A stretch of DNA of 64,000 nt from an uncultured bacterium (GTDB lineage Bacteria > Acidobacteriota > Aminicenantia > Aminicenantales > Saccharicenantaceae). The notes beneath the pieces were generated by a model that did no database searches, had not been told where the DNA came from, and was given only the letters and a program-made list of their open reading frames with translations. The position numbers and the translations under genes were made by a program. Positions within the stretch are counted from its first letter, which is position 1; each line of letters starts with the position of its first letter. The stretch covers positions 79,125 through 143,124 of the forward strand of contig CAWDSL010000026.1 in NCBI GenBank assembly GCA_963805015.1, written 5' to 3'. Below, one piece after another: positions 1 to 9,496 of this stretch.

Positions 1-264
1 CCTTTTCTCCAGGGTCAGCTCGATCCTGTCGCGGATGAACCCTTCCAGGTCCTCGTCGCGGACGTTCCGGGCGACGATCTCGGCCTTGATCTCGATCGCG
101 GCCAGGCCCTCGCGGCCCGTGACCGTCAGCGAGCCGGCCCCGGCGTCGATGTCGAGCCGTTTGATCCCCTGGGCGGCCAGGTCCAGGGTCTTCGTCGTTT
201 CGAAAGCGGGAAGCGTCCCGGTGAGCATTACGCCAAGAGCCGCCAAAATAAGGGCTTTTTTCAT
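1..264 (-). CDS. hypothetical secreted protein, N-terminal part (gene runs off the window start)
   Basis: Reverse-strand ATG at 262-264 preceded by GGAGG. Translation MKKALILAALGVMLTGTLPAFETTKTLDL... has a signal-peptide-like start. Truncated by the window edge, so absent from the ORF track. Family not recognised. Confidence 0.5.
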   Translation of the reverse strand, partial: MKKALILAALGVMLTGTLPAFETTKTLDLAAQGIKRLDIDAGAGSLTVTGREGLAAIEIKAEIVARNVRDEDLEGFIRDRIELTLEKR

Positions 265-536
265 GGAAACCTCCATCCTCTACCCTTGAAGACGAACGGG
301 CTCGCGGAGAGGTTCCCTGAAAGCGCACATAAAACGGCGAAAGAAAGGTCACCGGGCTGTTCTGAAACCAAATGGGGCAGGACACTTAGCCTCGAACGGG
401 TCCTGTCCGGTGGCGTTCCCGTCCGGCTTCGGCTCCACCCATCCCCCCGTGGGGAACCCCTTCCGCCTCCAGGCGGACGGGACCTATCCCCCGGCCACCC
501 GTTCGGGGCAAAGCGTCCTGCCCGACCGACAGGTCT

Positions 537-2318
537 CTACTTCAGTATGACCGACGCCGAGACCCGGCCTCCCTTGACGCTGTCGTAGGTCACCTTCACC
601 GCGCCGGAGCCCTTGACGATCAGGACCGCCGTCCGGGTCGTCTGGCCCGGGAGGCCGTTGCGGACGAGGATCCGCTTGAGGTCCTTTTGGTCGACGAGCG
701 GCGTCACCGAGGGATTGGCCTTGTAGACGGTCTTGTTGTCGATGAAGCTCGCCGCGATGACCTCGACGCTTTTCCCGTCGACGAGGACGAGGTCGGGCCG
801 GACCGTTCCGTTCTGGGCGGCCCGGGCCATGATCGTCGGGGCGACCTTGGGATTGGCGAGGTCGACGAACACCCGGTAGACGTCCCCGCCGATCCTCTCG
901 ATCTCCGTCCCGCCCAGGCGGACGAGCGGCATCTCCTCGGCCTGGTAGAGGGAGAAGGCCATGTTCCGGTGGCAGAGCTCCTCGTTCATGAACCGCGGCG
1001 GCACCCGTCCCTGGAACTTCTTCCAGACGCCGCCCATCTCGACCTTGCCGAACTGGGGGTGGTCGGTGGGCGCCCACTCGACGAACTGGTCCCCGAACTC
1101 GAGCTTGCGGTCGAAATAATAGCGGGATTGGGCCGGGGCGATGGGGCTCGACGGATCCGCCTGCTGCTCCTTGAGCGCCGGGCTGGTGAAGTACTGGTCG
1201 TTGCTCCAGAGCTCGTTGGAGAACGAGGGGATGCCCAGCCCGTCGTTGGTGTAGTCGATGAAGCCGCCGTGCACGGTGTAGAGCCCGCTCCAAAGCACGA
1301 TGTAGCGGTAGAAGGGCAGGATGCGCTCGCCGTTGCGGCCGAGCTCGTCGTAGAAGCGGACGTCCGTCATCGGGTATTCGCCCACCGCTTCGGCGCCCGG
1401 CCCGCGGAGGATCATGCCCCCGCTGTTGTGGTAGGACTGGACGCCGGCGATGTTGGGGTGGGCCTTCAGGAAATCGCCGACCGCCTTGGCTTCCGGGATC
1501 TGGAAGGGATAGTCCATGGCCCCGTTCTGGACGTAGCCCGGCTGCCAGTCGCTCGGCCAGTTCCGGTTGCCGTCGTAGCTGCCCGGCCCGTCCTCGTTGA
1601 CCAGGCCGTCGCCGTCGTTGTCGACGCCTTCCTGGCCGAGCAGGATCCAGTCGCCCGGCTCGCCGTAGGGCACGGGCTCGAGGGTGTCCGGGTTCGCCCG
1701 GCTGATCCGGTAGTTGCCTTGCCCGGGCACATGCTTGCGGATCTGCTCGACGATGCCGTTGCCGTTGACGTCCTCCGGCGCGTCCTCGTCGAAAAGCCCG
1801 TCGTTGTCGTCGTCGACCGGGACGTGGCCCGACCGGGCGTTCCCGCCGGGGCTCTCCATGAAGTATTGCCGCCCGTCGGGATTGACCGTGGGGATGATGT
1901 AGAAGACCCGCTCGTCGACGAGGCGGGTGACGTCGTCGATGCGGCCGTAGTTCTCCATGAGGTACCAGATCGTGTAGAGACAGACCTCGCCGCCTTGGAT
2001 CTCGTTGCCGTGGATGTTGGCCTCGACGTACATGCCGGCTTTGCCCGATTCGGGCCCCGTGGCCGGGTTGTGGATCGTCATCAGCATGAGGTCGCGGCCG
2101 TCGTGGCTCTTACCGATCGACTCGAGCTTGAGGAACTTGGGGAAGGCGTCCCGGAGACGCTTCATGTCGGCGTAGAGCTCGTCGACGTCGTGCCAGCGGT
2201 TGAAGTCGAGCTTGACCTTGAAGGCGGGATCGGAGGCCTTCTGGGCCGGGGACGGCGGCGCCAGGACCAGGATCGCCGCGCAGGCCAGGATGAGGAACAG
2301 GATCTTGCGGGTTCTCAT
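537..2318 (-). CDS. secreted zinc carboxypeptidase, peptidase M14 family
   Basis: 593-aa ORF with a signal peptide (MRTRKILFLILACAAILVLAPPSPAQ). Has the M14 zinc motifs ..ANIHGNEIQGGE.. and ..SYHNSGGMILRGPG.. and Asp-rich DNDGxxDED loops. Confidence 0.85.
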   Translation of the reverse strand: MRTRKILFLILACAAILVLAPPSPAQKASDPAFKVKLDFNRWHDVDELYADMKRLRDAFPKFLKLESIGKSHDGRDLMLMTIHNPATGPESGKAGMYVEANIHGNEIQGGEVCLYTIWYLMENYGRIDDVTRLVDERVFYIIPTVNPDGRQYFMESPGGNARSGHVPVDDDNDGLFDEDAPEDVNGNGIVEQIRKHVPGQGNYRISRANPDTLEPVPYGEPGDWILLGQEGVDNDGDGLVNEDGPGSYDGNRNWPSDWQPGYVQNGAMDYPFQIPEAKAVGDFLKAHPNIAGVQSYHNSGGMILRGPGAEAVGEYPMTDVRFYDELGRNGERILPFYRYIVLWSGLYTVHGGFIDYTNDGLGIPSFSNELWSNDQYFTSPALKEQQADPSSPIAPAQSRYYFDRKLEFGDQFVEWAPTDHPQFGKVEMGGVWKKFQGRVPPRFMNEELCHRNMAFSLYQAEEMPLVRLGGTEIERIGGDVYRVFVDLANPKVAPTIMARAAQNGTVRPDLVLVDGKSVEVIAASFIDNKTVYKANPSVTPLVDQKDLKRILVRNGLPGQTTRTAVLIVKGSGAVKVTYDSVKGGRVSASVILK

Positions 2319-2331
2319 CGTCGTCCTCCTA

Positions 2332-4453
2332 TCACTTCAGGGTGACCCGGGCCGTCGCCGACCCGCCCTTCTCCGACTGCACCAGGAGCTCCACGACCTG
2401 GCCCGTCTTGCCCTCGATGAGCCACTCGTACTTGGCCCGGCCGCCCGAGCCGCCCAAAACCTGCAGGAAGCTCGTCTTGGCGCTGCCCGAGAGCACGTCG
2501 CCGGGCTCGACGCCGAGCTGGACCAGGGTCGGCTTGACCGAACGGGCCGTCTGGCCCTGGGCCAGAGAGGTCGGCCAGAAGCCCGCGTTCTCGACCTCGG
2601 CCTTGAGGCGGAAGAGCCCGCCGCCGTGGGCGACCGCCTCGAACGAGGCCACCTTCACCCGCGGGAAGAGCGAGAGGAGGTGCAGGGCGAACTTGGCGTG
2701 GGAAGCGCCGAGCTCGGCCAGCTTGGCCGCCGGGGGATTGGTAGTGGCATAGGGCTTGAAGCCGCCGATCTCGACCTCGCCGAATTCGGGGTGCTTCGCC
2801 TTCGTCCATTTGACGAAGCCGTCGATCTTCTCGGCGTCCATCCACTTGAGGACCTGCCGGTCGATCCCGGGCGTCGCGGCGGACGCCGCGGCCCCGGCCG
2901 GGGACTGTCCGAAGGCGCCCAGGCCCCCGCCCGGTCCCATCTGCATCATCATCATCCCCTCGGGTCCGCCCGAGGCGACGACCGTCGTGACCGCGCCCCC
3001 TCCCCCGGCGCCGGACGCCGGCCGACCGGTCCCTGCGGCCTGGCCGGCCTGGGCCGGCGGACCCGCCTCCCCCGCGCCGGGCGGGGCCATACCCATACGC
3101 CGCGGGCCGCCCCCCTCGGCCGTCGCCAAGCCGAAGCCGGGCGTCGAGAAAGAGGGGACGCCGAACTGGAAGTACCCGTATTGGAAGAAGGCCCCCTGGG
3201 GCTCGCGGACATAAAGAGGTTGGCGGATCCCGGTCAGCTCGATGTACTTGTCGCTCACGGCCTTGAAGTAGTCGGTGTCGGCCGTCGCGACCGTGGTCGC
3301 CGGCTTGCGGTCTGGCATCATGAATCGGCCGGATTCGGCGGTCTGCGTCTGCCGGCCCGCCTGTTGGCGGCCGGACCCGCCGCCCATGAGCATCTCCATG
3401 GAGAACTCGCCCATCATCATCCGCCCGCCGCGGCCGAAGCCCATGGCCCCGCCGGTCTGGATGTACCCGGCCGCCCGGGCCCCCGCGGCCGCGGCCTCGG
3501 CGAAGCGGACGAGGTCGAGCTCGCGGGCCGGCCCTAGCCGTCCGGCCGCCGTCGGCGGGACGATGAGGTTGTCGCTCTCCCCGAAGGTCAGGATGGCCGC
3601 GACATTGCGGTGGGCCACGATCCAGGCCATCAAAGCCCGGCTCTCGGCCTCGCTGACCATATGCGGACCGGCGCCGGCCTTGTAATAGGGATACTCGTGG
3701 GCGAAGTTCCGGCCGATGTCGACGCCGCCCGGCGGGTCCTCGTTGACGAAGCCGTCGCCGTCGTTGTCGATCCCCTCCGCGAGGAGCCGGAACAGCGCCC
3801 GTCTCGCCCTTCTTGGGATCGGCTCTCTTCATCAGGCGCGGCTCTTCGGGATCGGCCACGTACTCGCCCCCGGCCGTCGGGACCCTCATCACCGTGATGA
3901 GGCCGTCGCCGTTGAGGTCCTCGGGACCGTCCTCGTCGATCCGGCCGTCGTTGTCGTCGTCGAAGGGGTTGGCGTTGGTCCGCAGCCCGGCTTTGAGGGG
4001 CGCGAAGAAGCCTTCGGCCCCGTCGGGATTGATCCGGGGGAGGACGTAGACGGTCGAGGCCTCGAGCCTCTGCTTGACCGCGGGGTCGCCGGCCGCGTTC
4101 TTGGCCAGGAATTCGGCCACGGCCAGCGAGAGCTCCGTGCCGGTCAAGTCGTCGCCCTCGAAACCCGCGGCGACGAGCAGGGCCGGACGTTTCCCGGGCG
4201 GGACGACGCCGGGGCCGGCGATCTCAAGCGCCCAGATGTCGCGCCCGCCCCGGGACTTGCCGATGGACGCGACCCGGACCAGGGTCTTGTTCGCTCCGGC
4301 CAGGGCTTGGACGGCCTTGGTCAGGGCGGCGTGATCGCGATAGGCGGATCTCTCCTGGGCGGTCGCGGGGGCGGCCGCAAAGACGAGGAGAAGGGCCACG
4401 AGGACCGGCAGGACGACCGCCGGCCGGGCGATGCCTTGGGTAGAAGGACGCAT
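2332..4453 (-). pseudogene. M14-like carboxypeptidase paralog, reading frame broken once near 3800 (pseudogene or assembly indel)
   Basis: The N-terminal piece (ATG 4453, AAGGAGG upstream, signal peptide) reads ...MKRADPKKGETG. A +1 shift near 3795-3805 is then needed to continue LFRLLAEGIDNDGDGFVNED...HMVSEAESRALMAWIV into ORF 2332..3660. Paralogous to 537..2318. Confidence 0.8.
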
Positions 4454-4601
4454 TCGGACCTCCTTGTCGGGCGGAGCTGCCGGACGGCGGAGCGTTCCCC
4501 GGGCGGGGACGGCTTGTCTGGAAAGCGGACGCGATCCGGCCATTCACGCATTTAGACTGACGGTCCGGAGGAATCTTCCGGAGAGGCCCCGGATTATTTT
4601 T

Positions 4602-4610
4602 TGTTATAAT
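4602..4610 (+). promoter_or_regulatory. candidate extended -10 promoter element TGTTATAAT
   Basis: TGTTATAAT lies 33 nt upstream of the ATG at 4643. The identical 9-mer recurs upstream of uvrA (35752-35760). No clear -35. Confidence 0.4.
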
Positions 4611-4642
4611 GCCCGTGAATGCCGCTTTGAGAGGATCCTCCC

Positions 4643-5923
4643 ATGTCCCATGCCCGCAGCCTTTCCCGCCGCCAGTTCATCCGGACCGGCGCCGCCGCCG
4701 CGGCCACGCTGGCCATCGTCCCCCGCCGCGTGCTCGGCGGCCCCGGTTATCTCGCTCCGAGCGACACCCTGACCAAGGCCGTCGTCGGTGTCGGCGGGAT
4801 GGGCCGGGGACACCTCGGCTACGAAGGCTCGGTCCTGCGCGCCGTCTGCGACGTCGACCGCGGCCACCTGGCCTCCGCCCTGGAGATCGCCGGCGCCGGC
4901 GTCGACGGGTACACGGACTTCCGCGAGGTCCTGGCCCGGCCCGACATCGACATCGTCCACATCGCGACGCCGCCCCACTGGCACGCCCTCATCTCCATCG
5001 CCGCGGCCGAGGCCGGCAAAGACGTCTGGTGCGAAAAGCCGATGACCCGGACGATCGCCGAGGGCCGGGCCGTCGCCGAGGCCGTCCGCCGCACGGGCCG
5101 CGTCTTCCGCGTCAACACCTGGTTCCGCTTCACCGACCGGTTCTACGGCTTCGGGACCGACGTCCGGCCGATCAAGAAGGTCGTCCAGAACGGCTTGCTC
5201 GGCTGGCCGCTCAAGGCGACGGTCAGCGCGACGACGGGTTTCGACTGGAAGTTCTACTGGAGCGGCCTTGCCCACGCCCGGCCCGAGCCCGTGCCGCCGG
5301 AGCTCGACTACGATTTCTGGCTGGGCCCGGCGCCCTGGAAGCCCTACCACCCCCACCGCGTTCACGGCACCTTCCGCGGCTACTGGGACTACGACGGCGG
5401 CGGCCTCGGCGACATGGGCATGCACTACCTGGACCCGGTGCAATACCTGCTCGGGAAGGACGACACCAGCCCTGTCGAGATCGCGGCCGACTGCCCGCAG
5501 CAGCACCCCGACGCCTGCGGCGCGTGGCGCCGCGTCGAGATGAAATATGCCGACGGCTGCGTCATCGTCCTCGACGGCGAGAACCGGGACACGTCGGCGC
5601 CCTTCCTCGAGGGCCCGAAGGGGAAGCTTTACCGCGGGTTCGAATCCGATATCCCGAACCTCCGCGACAGGATCGCGGCCCTGCCCGATCCGGAACCCCA
5701 GGTCACGGACTTCTCCGAGTCAGTCCGGACCCGGCGCCCCTTCGCCCTCAACGAGCGGAACGGCCACCGTTCCTGCACCCTGGTCAACCTGTCCAAGATC
5801 GCCGTCCAGCTCGGCCGGCCCCTGAGGTTCGATCCGGCGACCGAGACCTTCCCCGGCGACGAGGCGGCCAACCGCCTGGCCGGCCAGCCTATGCGGGCCC
5901 CCTGGCACCTGGACCATTCATGA
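4643..5923 (+). CDS. Gfo/Idh/MocA-family oxidoreductase with twin-arginine (Tat) signal
   Basis: 426-aa ORF. N-terminus SRRQFIRTGAAAAATLAIVP is a Tat signal, followed by a Rossmann segment (VVGVGGMGRGH..) and a typical Gfo/Idh/MocA C-terminal half. Confidence 0.85.
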   Translation: MSHARSLSRRQFIRTGAAAAATLAIVPRRVLGGPGYLAPSDTLTKAVVGVGGMGRGHLGYEGSVLRAVCDVDRGHLASALEIAGAGVDGYTDFREVLARPDIDIVHIATPPHWHALISIAAAEAGKDVWCEKPMTRTIAEGRAVAEAVRRTGRVFRVNTWFRFTDRFYGFGTDVRPIKKVVQNGLLGWPLKATVSATTGFDWKFYWSGLAHARPEPVPPELDYDFWLGPAPWKPYHPHRVHGTFRGYWDYDGGGLGDMGMHYLDPVQYLLGKDDTSPVEIAADCPQQHPDACGAWRRVEMKYADGCVIVLDGENRDTSAPFLEGPKGKLYRGFESDIPNLRDRIAALPDPEPQVTDFSESVRTRRPFALNERNGHRSCTLVNLSKIAVQLGRPLRFDPATETFPGDEAANRLAGQPMRAPWHLDHS

Positions 5924-5976
5924 AAACGCCGTGTTCTGCAGCCGCCTCGGCTTGTGAATAGCCCAGGCACACGACC

Positions 5977-8900
5977 ATGAGGAGACCCGCCATGAAAAAA
6001 CTTCCCGCCGCCATCGCCTCAGGGATCGTTACCGTCGCCCTCTCCGCCGTCCTCGTTCTTCCCGCCGCGGGCCAGCCCGTACCGGCCGGGACCGGGAACC
6101 TCGAGGCCCGGGTCTCTTCCATCCTCGAGCGCTTCCCGGCCGGTTCCGCCGCCGTCAAGGACGCCCTGTGCTCCGAGATCCTCGGCCTGGGCCCGGCCGG
6201 ACTGGCCGAGACGCTGGCCCGCGTCCAGCCGCCCGGCGGCGCCAACGACGCGGCGGCCCGGTTCGCCGTGAACGGCTTGGCCGTTCATGTGACCCGGGCG
6301 GGAGCGGAGGCCGAACGGCTCGGTTTCGTCAAGGCCCTGCTCGCCGCTGTCGCGACGGTCCGGGACAAGGACGTCGCCGCGTTCTTCATCACCCAGGTCC
6401 AGCTCGCCGGCAGGACCGAGGCCGTCAAGCCGCTGGCCCGCTACCTCTCGAACGAGAAGTTGGCCGGGCCGGTCGCGGCCGCCCTCCAGGCGATCGGCGG
6501 GCCCGAGGCCGCCCGGGTCCTCCTCGCCGCCTTTGATAAAACTCCGGCCGGCGCCCGCGTGGCCCTCATCGACGCGCTGGGCGCGATGCGCAGCCCCGGA
6601 GCGGTGAAGAAGCTCCTCGTCCTCGCGGAGAGCGGCGAAGAAGGAGTACGCCGCGCCGCCCGCTCGGCCCTGGCCAATATCGGAGATCCGGCCGCCGGGC
6701 CCGCGCTGGCCAAGGTCCGCGTCGACGCCTCGCACGACGAACGGACCCAGGCCCCGGCCCTCTATCTCCTGTATGCCCGGCGCCTGAAGGAAGCGGGCCG
6801 GTCGCCCGAGGCGTTGGAAGCGGCCCGATCCCTCCTCGCGGCCTACGACCGGCCGGGGGAAGGCCAGGTCGCGGCCGAAGCCCTGTCGCTCCTCGTTTCA
6901 GTGCTCGGGGAAAAGGCCCTGCCCGACCTCGTCAGGGCCGTCGACAGCCCCGCCGCCGCCGTCCGCGGCGCTGCGCTGGAGATGGCCGTGAAGATCGGGG
7001 GCCAGGAGGCGACGGCCGGCTGGACCGAAAAGGCCGCAGCCTCGGCGCCCGAAGTCCGGGCGGCGATCGTCGATATGCTCGGCCGACGCGGCGACGCCGG
7101 CGCCCTGCCCTTCATCCGCGAATGCTTGGGCGACAGCGAGGGATCCGTCCGGCTCGCGGCCGTCCCCGCGGCGGTCCGTCTCGGCGGGAAGACCGTCGTC
7201 GCGGACCTCTTCGGGCTCCTCCCCGCGGCGGACAACGCCGAATCGGCCGCTTTAAAGGCCGGCCTGCTGCGGTTCGACGCCGGCACGGTCGCGCCGGAAG
7301 CCGCCCGGCTCATCGACGCGACCCCGCACCCGGGAAAAGCGGTCCTCATCGAGCTTCTCGGCGAGAAGGGGGCCCGCGACGAGATCGGGCGCGTCTTCGC
7401 CCTGGCCGGCGACGCCGATCCCGCGACCCGGGCCGCCGCGCTCGGCGCCCTGGCCAAACTCGCCGGCGAAGCCGACCTCGCCCGCCTCGTGGAGATGCTC
7501 GAGAAGGCGAGCGACGGCGACGACATCGTGAACCTCCAGAACGCCGTCGCCGCCGCCGCGCTCCGCGACGCAACGGCCGCGACGCGCGGCGCCGCCCTCG
7601 TCGGGCTCCTGAGAAGCGCAAGCCCGGGCCGAAAAGCCGTCATACTCCGCGTCCTGCCCAGGGTCGGAGGGGACAAGGCCCTGCACGCCGCCGTCGAGGA
7701 GACCGGAAACACGGACTCCCAGGTGCAGGCCGCCGCGGTCTACGCCCTCTCCCAATGGCCCGATTTCGCGGCGGCGGGCGATCTCCTGCATATCGCGACG
7801 ACGACCGCGAGCAAGCGCTATCGCCTTCTGGCCGTCGAGGGCTACGTCCGGCTGGTCGGCCGGGCCAACATGACCGGGCCGCGCAAGATCGCGCTCTTCG
7901 AGAGCCTGCTCGCCCAGCCGTTCGACGATGCCGACAAGAAGCTCGTCGTCGCCGGCGTCTCGGCCGTCCGCGAACCCGAGGCGCTCCGCCTTGCCGGCCG
8001 CTATCTCGACCATCCCGTTCTCGGGGAGACGGCGTCGGCCGGCCTGCTCGAATTGGCCTCCGAACAGGCCCCGCACGAGCGCTGGCTCTCGGGCCACGAA
8101 GCTTATTCTCTCCTCCGCCGCGTCCAGGCCAAGGCCGCCGCCGACCCGGCCGAAAACGCCCGGATCGACGGTCTTATCCGGGACCGCCTCCGCCAGGGCG
8201 GCTTCGTGCCGCTCTTCGACGGCCGCACGCTCGATGGCTGGAAGGGGCTCGTCGCCGACCCGCCGGCCCGGGCCAAGATGACGCCCACCGATCTGGCCGC
8301 CGCCCAAGCCGCGGCGGACGGGCGGATGCGGGCCCATTGGCGGATCGTCGACGGCGCCCTCGTCTTCGACGGTCAGGGCGAAAGCCTTTGCACCGCGTCC
8401 GATCACGCCGACTTCGAGCTCCTCGTCGATTGGAAGATCGAGAAGGGGGGCGACAGCGGCCTCTACCTTCGGGGCTCGCCCCAGGTCCAGATCTGGGACT
8501 CGGCCGCCAATCCCGCGGGCTCCGGCGGCCTCTACAACAACCAGAAGGGGAAGAGCCAGCCTCTCGAGAAAGCCGACCGCCCCGTCGGCGAATGGAACGC
8601 CTTCCGCGTCGTCATGATCGGCGAGCGGGTCTGGGTCTATCTCAACGACAGGCTCGTCGTCGACAACATCGTCCTCGAGAATTACTGGGAGAGGGAGAAG
8701 CCGATCTATCCCCTGGGACAGATCGAGCTCCAGGCCCACGGCAATCCGCTCTATTTCAAGAACATCTACATCCGCGAGATCCCCCGCGACGCGGCCGCGC
8801 CGGGCCTCTCGCAGGCCGAGGCCGACGAGGGGTTCGCTGCCCTCTTCGACGGCCGCGACCTCGAGGGCTGGACCGGCGACACCAGGGGCTATGCCGCGGA

Positions 8901-9403
8901 GGACGGCAAGATCGTGATCAGGCCCGAGCTCGCGAGCGGGAATCTCTATACAGCGAAGGAATATGGCGATTTCGTCCTTCGCTTCGAGTTAAAGCTCACG
9001 CCGGCCGCCAACAACGGCCTGGGCATCCGCGCTCCGCTCGAGGGCGACGCCGCCTACGCCGGCATGGAACTCCAGATCCTCGAGGACGGCTCGCCCGTCT
9101 ATTGGAACCTCAGGCCCTACCAGTATCACGGCTCGATCTACGGCGTCGTTACCGGCGCGGCGCGGATTCCTCAGGCCGCCGGGGGAATGGAACACCGAAG
9201 AGGTCACGGTCAAGGGCCGGCGGGTCACCATCGTCGTCAACGGGGCGACCATCGTCGACGCCGACCTCGACGCCGCGAGCGCCGGCGGGACGATCGACGG
9301 CAACGACCATCCCGGATTGAAGCGGGCCTCCGGGCACATCGGCTTCCTGGGCCACGGCTCGCTCGTCGAATTCCGGAATATCCGGATCAGAGAGTTCAAG
9401 TAG
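5977..9403 (+). pseudogene. HEAT-repeat protein with two C-terminal DUF1080 (3-keto-disaccharide hydrolase-like) domains, frame broken near 9151
   Basis: Signal peptide, long Ala/Leu-rich HEAT-like repeats, then two DUF1080 units (GFVPLFDGRTLDGWKG.., GFAALFDGRDLEGWTG..). After ..HGSIYGVV an extra base (about 9151) shifts the frame. The +1 frame gives [31 protein letters not shown]...[23 protein letters not shown], stop at 9401-9403. Confidence 0.8.
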
Positions 9404-9461
9404 GAAGGCGGGCATGCCCGGTTTCGCCGTCGAAAACAGGCTGACGCGACCGGAAAAATGG

Positions 9462-9488
9462 GGAAATAGGTATCATGTCCCCCATTTT
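9462..9488 (+). repeat. 27-nt dispersed repeat (GGAAATAGGTATCATGTCCCCCATTTT), solo copy
   Basis: Identical 27-mer at 33161-33187, and an inverted copy with one mismatch at 33083-33109. Here it sits inside a larger hairpin (CTGACGC 9441-9447 / GCGTCAG 9494-9500) between convergent genes. Confidence 0.7.
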
Positions 9489-9496
9489 CGGGGGCG

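Noticed and set aside
687-2345. Many very long ORFs antisense to, or out of frame with, the genes called here (for example 687..2345 +, 2200..3537 +, 19541..22072 +, 54948..59189 -, 61204..63972 upstream part).
   Set aside because: Their translations are Arg/Pro/Gly/Ala/Asp-rich low-complexity strings typical of non-coding frames in GC-rich DNA. Each overlaps a frame with clear family motifs, and none has a convincing ribosome-binding site.
5633-5650. GGGTTCGAATCC, identical to a tRNA T-arm/T-loop consensus.
   Set aside because: It lies inside the well-supported Gfo/Idh/MocA coding frame (..YRGFESDIPN..). No acceptor, D or anticodon arms can be drawn around it.
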